Source of the DNA: a virus
Taxonomy: Duplodnaviria; Caudoviricetes
Virus record (IMG/VR): IMGVR_UViG_3300018481_000008
Span: 1 to 57,437 of that record
DNA length: 57,437 bases
Direction: 5' to 3' (one strand)
The translations under genes were made by a program, and so were the position numbers. Shown here piece by piece: positions 39,676 through 48,389 of the stretch. How positions within the stretch are numbered: the stretch's first letter is position 1; the number at the start of each line of letters is the position of its first letter. Below the pieces are notes generated by a model. It saw only the letters and a program-made list of their open reading frames with translations. It searched no databases and was not told the DNA's origin.

Positions 39676-42212
39676 TATTTACGTCCTATCACGCCGGCCC
39701 ATCGCTTACTAAGCGAAGCAGCCCATCTATTACCAGCTAGTGCAGCAGAGAAACGCACATTTCCGATCTTGGCTGACCAGTGACTAGTGAAAGTAGCACT
39801 CCAACGTCTATCTCCCATACTACCGGAGAAGCGAGTACCAGCTATCGTACCTGACCAGTGCCTAGATAATGTTCCTACCAGTAATGCATCAAAGTAACTA
39901 ATGAATTCACTTAGTGTACCCGGTGTGATTCTTACGTAGACTAAGCCTTCATCTTCGTTACCAAAGCCAACACGGAATTCATCGGCGCTTACTGTTAAAA
40001 CCACCACAGTTGTGGCGGAATCTATGCTCTGTAGTGTAGAGGTGGAAGATGGAGTGATTACTAGAGGAACAGTGCCGGAATCAACGTAACCAGAAGCAAG
40101 AGTATGATCGTCAACGCCACTAGGCTGCAAATCATAGTAAATGGTGTTGGAGTCTGAAACCTCTCTACTCTCAGTACCATTCGGAGTAAGCGTAACCGGG
40201 ATCGTAGACGCATCAGTTACTTCTCTCTGTTCAGTACCGCTTGGAGTAACGTCAACGTAGATTGTAGCGGCATCCGAAACTTCTCTAGTATCAGTAGAGC
40301 TAGGAGTGATCGTTAGAGTTGCGGTTGCGCTATCAGTGCTTTCCCGTAGATCAGTTGCGGAAGGGGTAAGAACAAAGTTGATGGTGCCTGCGTCCGTAAA
40401 GCCACTAGCACTAGTGTGGTCATCTACCCCACTAGGCGTGATTGAATAGGCAATGGTCGCGGCGTCGGTAGATTCCCGAGCTTCGGTACTAGAAGGCGTT
40501 AGTGCAAGCGTAATTGTTGCTGCGTCAGTAGTCTCTCTAAATTCGATACCGCTAGGAGTGATACTAAGAGGGACTGTTGCGGTATCAACTGTGCTAAGTA
40601 GATCAGTTCCACTCGCGTTGAGGTCAACGTATACTGTTCCTGAGTCACTGATTTCCCTGATTTCGGTTGCGGATGGAGTTAGTACGACATTTACGGTAGC
40701 TGCATCAACTCTCTCCGCAACATCAGTAGAGCTAACTGTAAGAGCAAGGCTGACAGTAGTAGCATCTGTGCTTTCACGTGCTTCCACTCCACTTGGCTGT
40801 AGGTCAACATAGATGGTTCCGCTATCTGTAAGTTCTCTGCCATGTACTTCAACTCCACTCGGAGTTAGAACAACCGTAACTGTGTTAGCATCAGTTGACT
40901 CTCTAGCTTCCGTTGCTGAAAGCGTAATAGTAAGTCGTACTGTGTTTGTGTCAACATAATCTGCGGCATCCGTGGAGGAAGGTTGAATGTCGAGATAAGC
41001 TGTAGCTGCATCAGTGGATTCTCGATTTTCTGTAGATGAGAGTTGAAGGTCAACATAGATGGTATTAGCGTCTGTAATCTCGCGGAACTCAGTTGCGCTG
41101 GCCGTTAGAACGAGTGGAACTGTATTGCTATCGACACCTTCAAAGACTTCAACACTACTAGGTGTGATATCTACATAAATGGTTCCTGAGTCGGTAAACT
41201 CAGTACCACCACCAGTAGGTGCTTCATCGGGAAGATTAAGCCGTAACTGGTCAATTTCAAAGGTAGCGGTTGAACCGTCCGCACAATATCCATACCATCT
41301 AATCTCTAGGTCAGAGTAATCCGTAATGAGTTCAGCATTGGCATCAGCAATTGGTATGTCGTAATCTACTAATGTGCCCGATAACAGTCCACTCGCACGA
41401 TTACCCGATCGGTTGTTAGCGCCCTCATAAAGAGCAATGATGAGTTCTCCTGCTCCACCTGTTACTCTAGCCCTAAGCTTAAATGAATGCGCTATTTGAG
41501 CAGCAGGTGTTGAAGGGTGCGCTGCGAGACTCATACGCCCTACTGATGTTTGCTTAGGAACAACAGGATGAATAACAAGCGTATTTGCGCGCCAACCACG
41601 TGAAGCGTTCTGTGTAAACGTACCGGGATTTTCTGATGAGGTAGCACTAACTTGTCGTGCTGCTGCACCAAGACCACCGGATAGGTTAGTACCGCCTGTA
41701 CCGCCTGTCTTTTCTACCTGACCACTCGTATAGTTAGATGGGAAGGTGGTAACAAGTACGTCGGTGTCTGCTACTTCTACAGCACCAGTCATAGAGAAAA
41801 AGGCTAATGCTAGAATATCCTTTGGTCCACCCGTTACTGCTCTAGACGGTGGATCAGGTGTAGTAGACGTTCCAGTAGCGGTAGTGCCAATTTCAGGAGT
41901 GATTGATTTATCGGCTCCTGTAATCCGATAGGCACACCATACTGAACGAGAGGCTACTGACTGAACAAACGTCGGATTAGAGGGAACGCCGGTTCCTGTA
42001 TAGCGAATAACCGCTAACCCGGAAGCTACTGCTTCATCTAGAATCTCAGTCCAGTTAGCTAACGCATTGATAGTACAGGAGACAGAACCTTTAGCAATGA
42101 TGACGATGTACTCATCGGTTGCTGCACCACCACCCGGTAGTGTAACTGCTAGGTTAGTACCGTTAGCAGTAAGACCACCTTCGACTACGGCAGCTACAGC
42201 AGGAGAAGCCAC
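39675..42212 (-). CDS. Repeat-rich fibre protein 1 (two N-terminal domains, ~21 x 20-aa repeats)
   Basis: Same repeat and C-terminus as 37472-39160. Confidence 0.65.
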   Translation of the reverse strand: MASPAVAAVVEGGLTANGTNLAVTLPGGGAATDEYIVIIAKGSVSCTINALANWTEILDEAVASGLAVIRYTGTGVPSNPTFVQSVASRSVWCAYRITGADKSITPEIGTTATGTSTTPDPPSRAVTGGPKDILALAFFSMTGAVEVADTDVLVTTFPSNYTSGQVEKTGGTGGTNLSGGLGAAARQVSATSSENPGTFTQNASRGWRANTLVIHPVVPKQTSVGRMSLAAHPSTPAAQIAHSFKLRARVTGGAGELIIALYEGANNRSGNRASGLLSGTLVDYDIPIADANAELITDYSDLEIRWYGYCADGSTATFEIDQLRLNLPDEAPTGGGTEFTDSGTIYVDITPSSVEVFEGVDSNTVPLVLTASATEFREITDANTIYVDLQLSSTENRESTDAATAYLDIQPSSTDAADYVDTNTVRLTITLSATEARESTDANTVTVVLTPSGVEVHGRELTDSGTIYVDLQPSGVEARESTDATTVSLALTVSSTDVAERVDAATVNVVLTPSATEIREISDSGTVYVDLNASGTDLLSTVDTATVPLSITPSGIEFRETTDAATITLALTPSSTEARESTDAATIAYSITPSGVDDHTSASGFTDAGTINFVLTPSATDLRESTDSATATLTITPSSTDTREVSDAATIYVDVTPSGTEQREVTDASTIPVTLTPNGTESREVSDSNTIYYDLQPSGVDDHTLASGYVDSGTVPLVITPSSTSTLQSIDSATTVVVLTVSADEFRVGFGNEDEGLVYVRITPGTLSEFISYFDALLVGTLSRHWSGTIAGTRFSGSMGDRRWSATFTSHWSAKIGNVRFSAALAGNRWAASLSKRWAGVIGRK

Positions 42213-42829
42213 TAGCTAGCCGTTCCTGTGATAACCGTACCGTCAGCAGAGAGTTCGTCAACCTTAGACCATAGTGGAGCAGGAGCCCATCCTGTAGTTA
42301 CGATATCACCATCTGGTACTAGATCAATCATTGCAGCATCGGGAATTTCGAATGCTACATAATCTATACGACTCTCATTGAATGTTATACCACCATCGTC
42401 TGCTTGATAGACTCGTACACCGATATTACTGTAGTCGATGATCGCAGCGATTTCGCCACTAGACAGTACGTAGTCTTGATCTGTGTAGGCATCAATACCA
42501 GTAGGCACCATACCAAACATTGCGATAGTAGAACTATCGGAAATATTATATAGTTCAATGTCACCGTCAATTGCGGTATCCTGACGTACATAGATTGTAT
42601 GAGTACCTGCGGTAGGGGGTAGAAGAGGCTGCATCGTACAAAAAATGTTAGCGAATACTGTTCCCGATGCGGTAAAGTTGAGAATCGCTGCGGCACCACC
42701 AATTGTAGATAAAGCCTCAGCAAATGAACTAGCTGATCCAAATGGTGCCCAACTCCAGCCTGTATTGAAGGTATCGCTACCGTCAAGATCGGTAGTAATA
42801 TCGGTACTTGGAAATGAGATTTGCGCCAT
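42212..42829 (-). CDS. Acidic beta-rich virion-like protein
   Basis: IIDYSNIGVR resembles ITDYSDLEIR of the downstream protein. Confidence 0.55.
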   Translation of the reverse strand: MAQISFPSTDITTDLDGSDTFNTGWSWAPFGSASSFAEALSTIGGAAAILNFTASGTVFANIFCTMQPLLPPTAGTHTIYVRQDTAIDGDIELYNISDSSTIAMFGMVPTGIDAYTDQDYVLSSGEIAAIIDYSNIGVRVYQADDGGITFNESRIDYVAFEIPDAAMIDLVPDGDIVTTGWAPAPLWSKVDELSADGTVITGTAS

Positions 42830-42837
42830 TGTGTATT

Positions 42838-42877
42838 AAAAAAGCCCTGCCCCGCTATACTGCCAGGACAGGGCTTT
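42838..42877 (-). terminator. Intrinsic terminator-like hairpin inside the late operon
   Basis: aaaagccctg(c/t)cc stem with T-run on both strands. Confidence 0.6.
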
Positions 42878-42932
42878 TGTTGGCTTGGGGTCGAAAAGCC
42901 AACCCGTTAGTTACTTAGGAACCATCCCATCT

Positions 42933-43178
42933 TTATGGGTGAACGTGGAATAGATGCCACGTAGCCGTATTAGGGCTACACCAGTATCCATCTGTCGGAT
43001 ACCTAATCCATACGATCTGATTAGGTGATCCACCATTGAAACACGACCAGCCAGTATTCGTAACGTGCTGTGGTGCATCAATAGTAGCTCCCCCACGCGG
43101 AGGCGCGTACTGTGCTGCTGTAGTACCTGCAAATGCTAGTGCTACAAGGACAACTAGTAGTGTCAGTCCCTTACGCAT
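42933..43178 (-). CDS. Small secreted protein
   Basis: MRKGLTLLVVLVALAFAGTTAA signal peptide; two Cys. Confidence 0.65.
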   Translation of the reverse strand: MRKGLTLLVVLVALAFAGTTAAQYAPPRGGATIDAPQHVTNTGWSCFNGGSPNQIVWIRYPTDGYWCSPNTATWHLFHVHP

Positions 43179-43183
43179 TCTTA

Positions 43184-43732
43184 CTAGCCTGCCTTCACTG
43201 TGATTGTCACCTTCTCGGTATCACCAACTGCAAACGTTCGTTCAGCCGCCGTATCACCAGCGCAATGCAAGTTTCCTGCGTTAAGGGTAGCACCTTCCGC
43301 AATGAACCATGAATCAGCACCGTTTGGCGACGGAGCACCTGCAAATGCGCCGAACGTAACTTGATCTGCTGCTGTTGACTGACCACCCGTAGAGGGTGTG
43401 TTGTCGAAGGTTGAAGTTCCCCAGTCAATTGAGCCAGTGTTGATAGACTTGGCGATTGTCTGTCGTGCATAACCGTTAGCAGTACCGGAACCTAGCTCGT
43501 TCACGTTCGTACCTGAGACTGTAACGCTCAGGACGGAGTTACGAGCCATAGTGCTTACTGCTTGAGTAGCTAGTCCTACACGCCAATCAGACGGAGGCGT
43601 AATAGAACCTGAAGCTCCTAGTACGTAGTCTGTGAATAGCTGTGAAAACCGCTGGAACACGATAACCGCGTTGTGTTCTTTAAAAGTCTCCACAGGGGGT
43701 TCGGAATGGTGAAGGTGAAGTCCTGGCTCCAT
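43184..43732 (-). CDS. Putative filament/fibre subunit
   Basis: NEL...NGYARQTI...VTF...GNL...RTFAVGDTEKVT, a pattern I recognise from phage virion proteins. Confidence 0.55.
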   Translation of the reverse strand: MEPGLHLHHSEPPVETFKEHNAVIVFQRFSQLFTDYVLGASGSITPPSDWRVGLATQAVSTMARNSVLSVTVSGTNVNELGSGTANGYARQTIAKSINTGSIDWGTSTFDNTPSTGGQSTAADQVTFGAFAGAPSPNGADSWFIAEGATLNAGNLHCAGDTAAERTFAVGDTEKVTITVKAG

Positions 43733-44145
43733 TATGACTTACCTCCCTTAGACTCTAGATCGGCGATAGCGAACTCCTTACTCTCTTTCATCTTGTAGTT
43801 TGAATCGTGAGGTCCGCTCTGAACTGTACTAGAGCGAACATTAGCCACGATAGCGTGGAGTACCGGAAGATGGATGACGCCGTTCTCGTCTGCGGCTTCA
43901 TCAACTGCGGCTGAAAGCTGTGCCTTTACTTCATCGGCACTAAGAGCGTCACTAATCTCGCCAGGATCGCTGTCGTACTTAAAGACCTTAACTGCTCGTA
44001 CTGCCATTGAACCCGCCGGCCCACCCTGCTCACCGTTCTTAGCTCTGTTATGCTGTGCTAGAACTGCCGTTTCCATCTGTTCATCGTTATCGTAGTTTGC
44101 GAGAGAGTGTTCACCGCTCTCCCAAATGATTTCGTATGTCGCCAT
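43732..44145 (-). CDS. Hypothetical protein
   Basis: TAATG coupling, late operon. Confidence 0.6.
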   Translation of the reverse strand: MATYEIIWESGEHSLANYDNDEQMETAVLAQHNRAKNGEQGGPAGSMAVRAVKVFKYDSDPGEISDALSADEVKAQLSAAVDEAADENGVIHLPVLHAIVANVRSSTVQSGPHDSNYKMKESKEFAIADLESKGGKS

Positions 44146-44147
44146 TA

Positions 44148-44567
44148 CTACCCTTCTGCGTCGTCGGTAGGGATTGGAGAACTTTCATATAGAGCATCGG
44201 AGTGCTCTTGACTCGTTGCTCCATCGCTCATATCAATTACGCCGAATGCTACGAGTCGCTGTGCAGCTTCGGGAGTGGCCCAATTACCACTAAGGGCTAG
44301 TGCTTGATGTTCGGCTTCACTATGCGTCTTAGCGTGTTTGTGTGACCACTCCTTCCGCATACCAAGAGCGTACAAGTCAACGTTAGTAGGCTTAAAGTCG
44401 AATTCACGCGGATTAGCTTCAAATACGTCAGCCGGAAACCGATCTGCCTCGGACTGAAATACTGCTCCGCAAATCTTACAACCACAAAAAGGGCGATGGG
44501 GCAGGAACCTTAACCCGGTAAGGGTTTCTAGTCCTACTGCCCCACCTGTAAGAATTACGTGCTCCAC
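44148..44567 (-). CDS. Hypothetical protein with CxxC...H...H
   Basis: CKICG; HAKTH. Confidence 0.6.
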   Translation of the reverse strand: MEHVILTGGAVGLETLTGLRFLPHRPFCGCKICGAVFQSEADRFPADVFEANPREFDFKPTNVDLYALGMRKEWSHKHAKTHSEAEHQALALSGNWATPEAAQRLVAFGVIDMSDGATSQEHSDALYESSPIPTDDAEG

Positions 44568-44938
44568 TACCCGTTTTTCTCATTCATACTAGCTAGGAGT
44601 GCTTCTAGTGGATCGCCGACTAGAGCGCCAATCTCCTTACCAACGGCCTTATCAATGATGTACTGAGCAGCCCTAAGACGATTAGACTCGTTGGCACCAT
44701 GTTGAGCGATATGAAGCATAACTGCTACTGCTTTAGGAACAGCACCAGTTAGTAGTTCTTTCGTCTTTTCTCTAATCTGGACGGGAGTTAACTTTCCATC
44801 TGTGTACTGTTGATTCGTTTCCCACTCTTCCTGCATAGCCTGATGGTAGCCCTTAAGTGTTTCCTGTAGAGCACGTTCGTTAGCTTCCTTATCAGGCCCG
44901 TTAGGAGTAGGGTCAACTGTGAACTCGTCATTGTCCAT
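44567..44938 (-). CDS. Putative terminase small subunit
   Basis: First late gene; helical, RLRAAQYIIDKAVGK; RBS ggagg. Confidence 0.5.
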   Translation of the reverse strand: MDNDEFTVDPTPNGPDKEANERALQETLKGYHQAMQEEWETNQQYTDGKLTPVQIREKTKELLTGAVPKAVAVMLHIAQHGANESNRLRAAQYIIDKAVGKEIGALVGDPLEALLASMNEKNG

Positions 44939-45055
44939 TTAGTACGTACCTCCCTTCTGCAAATTGGAGTGTATATGATGGTGAGGTATGGTGCTACAAG
45001 TCACTACTACATAGTAACAATACGCACAAGTCCATTTGGAGCATTGGAGATACTT

Positions 45056-45744
45056 GGGGCTGATCGCCACTTCGCTACGCTCGCCGTATGTAGAGTCCCT
45101 CCCACGCCAAAGGAACCACGTGGGAACAGGGGTGCTGCTCCTCTCTCACAAAACAGAGGCTACGCGCAGGGTAGGGCGTAGGGCGAGACTTGGAAGCGAA
45201 GGATTGCGCGCAAGGGCTAGCAGTAGACAGCGCGGGTCTGGAAGCGGCACGTTCGAGAGGATGCCGTCGAGTCAGGGTAGAGCACCTATCCGGTAGTGAT
45301 TGCGCCTCACGCCTCTACGGGTGAGAACGCGCGGCGAGCAGTAGGGACTACTCAAACCCCTAGCCGCGCAACGCTAGCTACTGAACGCGCACGAAGGGAC
45401 GTAGCGCCGGTTTACGGCTCACGCGGTCTAGAGTGTACGAAGCATGGTAGCGGGACGGCTCACGCCTAACCCGCCACTAGCCGAGTACCGCATACATAGA
45501 CGCCCATACAGGGACGGTGAGAGTAAGACGGTAGCGCTGACAAAGAACGTGCGTAGAGCGTAGACCCCTTGCAAGGTCTACGCTAAGTCTTGGCAGGGTA
45601 CGCGCTACCGTAGGCGTACCTTGCACTAGGCCGTAGGGCAGAGAACAGGGACATACCGCAGGGCACACTAGCCACATACCCGCTAGACCCCTAGCAACCC
45701 GCCCGTAAGGGCTATCCCGTACCCTCTACGGCCTAGTGCAGGGT
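45056..45744 (+). other. GC-rich, highly structured non-coding region at the late/early divergence (possible packaging start and/or ncRNA)
   Basis: No credible ORF; nested inverted repeats including a 21-bp stem 45618-45638/45724-45744. Confidence 0.5.
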
Positions 45745-45768
45745 TTCCTGCTACGGAAGGGACACACA

Positions 45769-45978
45769 ATGGCACGCGCAACACTAAGCAATAAGGGTGA
45801 ACGCGCATTGCGGAAGTACCGCGGCGCCGATCGTAGCGTTACGCTAGGCGGTGTGATTAACCCGCCGACGAAGAATGCAGCCAAGTCTGCATTCAGGGCG
45901 CAGAAACCGCGTCTAGCTACGAATACGCCAGTGAAGGGTACAGGGCACGTTGTAAAGGTTCCAGGGATCTACGGCTAG
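45769..45978 (+). CDS. Small basic early protein
   Basis: RBS gaaggga; K/R-rich. Confidence 0.55.
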   Translation: MARATLSNKGERALRKYRGADRSVTLGGVINPPTKNAAKSAFRAQKPRLATNTPVKGTGHVVKVPGIYG

Positions 45979-46210
45979 GTTCGTAGAAAGCAGGGCTAGT
46001 TAAGTCCCCACTCGGCTAGCCCTGCTTTATGCAAACCGCCACAGGGAAGGATGCTATGTACGAAGTGATTATTCGCCGGAAACACTGGCATGGTAATTGG
46101 CGCATCATTGACCGCGCCGAATTCCCTATCGGTCAGTGGAAAGAGATTGGCTACTGGCTGGACGATTGTGGGTATATCGAAACCGATACGAAAGTCGAGG
46201 TTACTGTCAA

Positions 46211-46402
46211 GTGAGAACAGCACTAGCACTAGCGGTGTTCTTCCTTGCATTCGGCATTGCCGGGTGCATGGATAAGCAAGATGCCGAACGAGCGGAGAAA
46301 GTAACGGAAGATATGCTATTTTGGGATTGCACGAGTAGCGGCAACTTCAAGTGTGGCGAACCAATCACCAATTACCCTGTTCCAGGGGCACTGACGCCAT
46401 AA
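46211..46402 (+). CDS. Putative lipoprotein
   Basis: GTG start; RTALALAVFFLAFG-IAGC lipobox. Confidence 0.6.
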   Translation: MRTALALAVFFLAFGIAGCMDKQDAERAEKVTEDMLFWDCTSSGNFKCGEPITNYPVPGALTP

Positions 46403-46410
46403 TCGGATTC

Positions 46411-46603
46411 TATCCTACTGAGTAACAGTCGGGAAGTGTGCAAATCGAACGTATGTTTTCTACCACTGCCCCTAGTAGCACACTGTTACTCAGTAGGATA
46501 CAATCGGACTGACGTAAGTATCAATCTATCCTACTAAGTAACTATGTGTGACTTACTACTAGGGAATACATACACAAATAGCACACTGTTACTCAATAGG
46601 GGA
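46411..46603. repeat. Tandem pair of related inverted-repeat units
   Basis: Perfect 19-bp IR 46411-46429/46482-46500; degenerate second copy 46525-46603; tagcacactgttactca repeated. Confidence 0.8.
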
Positions 46604-46805
46604 GAATGTGCCTACGTAACTCCTTGCTTGTATCGAATTTGCCCCTTTTGCCCATATCTAAATTCCGGGAGGTGTTCTGCTTACGGAAACTCTAGAGCAA
46701 TACAAAGCACGTACCGCACCATTGATTCAATCGTTTCACGATTCAAGTACGGCAATGCAAGCTAGCGCAATAAAGCGCGAACGTCTATACAAGGAGCTAA
46801 GGAAA

Positions 46806-47123
46806 ATGTTTGATAGCAATAGTTTTATCGTTCTTGACGCCGATGAGGCGCAGGAGGTTCTTGATTCAGCGTCCATGAAGGGTATCTACAAGGATATGCT
46901 CAATAGCCTTACCACGGCTTATGAGGCATGGCGCGCAGAGAATCCCGAGGGTAGGTTCGTGGTTCCGATCACTGGCGATGGTACGGCATTCGGTGGAAAG
47001 AATACCGATACCGTTTACCAGGGAGTCACTAACGCTCTTAAGGCCGATGCCTTTAAGGGTGAGTGGCGGCTCATCCGTAAGACGAAGGATGAGGTTACTA
47101 CCATCCTGATCGCTAAGCTCTAA
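46806..47123 (+). CDS. Hypothetical protein, paralog of 56765-57058
   Basis: RBS aagga; shared G.YK, VP(I/L)T, F.GK...TV..G..NA. Confidence 0.7.
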   Translation: MFDSNSFIVLDADEAQEVLDSASMKGIYKDMLNSLTTAYEAWRAENPEGRFVVPITGDGTAFGGKNTDTVYQGVTNALKADAFKGEWRLIRKTKDEVTTILIAKL

Positions 47124-47129
47124 GCAACA

Positions 47130-47310
47130 ACTAGCCCTGTAAGCTAGGGGCTAGTGAAGTACCGGGAAGAGACTAACGTAACCTTCGATCCCAATTCACT
47201 CCACTAAGACTTCTCTATCTTAGTGCCCGGAAGGTAGCCCACTATTATATTATCAGGGCGAGAGTGTTAACGGCGGGATTACGTTAGCCCGGTACTTCAC
47301 TAACCCCTAG
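47130..47310 (+). ncRNA. Long-stem-closed multibranch structured element
   Basis: ctaggggctagtgaagtaccggg pairs with cccggtacttcactaacccctag; inner stems; overlapping upstream hairpin actagccc/gggctagt. Confidence 0.55.
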
Positions 47311-47429
47311 TGAAAGGAGAAATAAATGAGGGTGAAGGATAAGAACGGCATCATCTTTCACGTTTCGGACGTTAACCGCGAATGGATCATTAAGATGATC
47401 CTGAGCCAGACTAGATTGGTGGTCTGGCC

Positions 47430-48257
47430 GTGACACTAGAAACTCTAGATCGTGCCATTAAGGATCTTGAAAGTGAAATCCGATACGGCATTGAGCATCC
47501 TTACGCAGGATACTGCGGCGAGGATGATGCTAGGCAAGATAGATTGGATTCGCTAAAGCTTGAAAGAGAATACCATCTAAGGAGTGTGGCAAATGAATTG
47601 CGGAACTTGGACTTGGGGTAAGCCTACGAATCAGCTTTCGATTCAGATGCCCGACGTAGTTAGCATCAAAAAGGAACTTTCGGAAATGATTACGGGTAAC
47701 TTTAGCGTTAGCTATTCGATTCGGTTTATCGTAGCTAAGCATTCGCTACGTAACTTCCGGCATCGTGGTAACGCATGGATTGATGATATCTGCATCGTCC
47801 ACGCTCAACTCTAAGGAGGAATGATGCTAAAGAAGGAAGTAAGGGTTGGAGCGCACTATGCTATTCGGCATCATGGTGACCGTAATCTAAGTGTGGTTCG
47901 GATTGATTCCGAATCACGTTTCGGAGGATACAACGCTACGAAGCTTAAGACGAATCGAAGTATCCGTATCAAGTCCGCAGCGAAGTTGAGGTTTGAAGTT
48001 GAGCGCAACCCTGACAACCAAAAGTGGAGGGAGGTTAAGTAATGCATACCATCGGAAATGAGACTACTGAGTTTGTGAACATTCGGGATCTAATCATGGA
48101 TTCCGTCCGAGCACTTTGTAGGTACGGCATTCTTCCTGAGAATGCAAGCAAGGAGATTGTAGTGCAGGAAGTTTGTGAGTCAACCGGATTGCCCTTGTCA
48201 AACAACTCGATCGGTGCTAGTATTGCCTACGGTGCATACGAACACTATCAGCACTAA
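47430..48257 (+). CDS. Cluster of small early hypothetical ORFs (47430-47621, 47821-48042, 48042-48257 and others)
   Basis: RBSs and stop/start coupling. Confidence 0.55.
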
Positions 48258-48389
48258 GGAGATATAGCTATGAAGATTCGGATGGGAGTCGGAGTCTGGA
48301 ACGTTACTGCAATTTGGTTTGGTGCTGAGCGCGTGGTTTACTCTCATCCTGATATCTTCGCTTGTTTCAAGTGGGTTAGGGATAACGAG

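Noticed and set aside
972-42839. Numerous antisense or out-of-frame ORFs in the track (e.g. 972-1271, 25414-25962, 32903-33466, 40453-40812)
   Set aside because: Shadows of well-supported genes, with no RBS or motifs
45056-45480. tmRNA, because GGGGCTGATCG resembles an ssrA 5' end
   Set aside because: No following GxTTCGAC, no matching 3' T arm/acceptor with CCA, no tag ORF found
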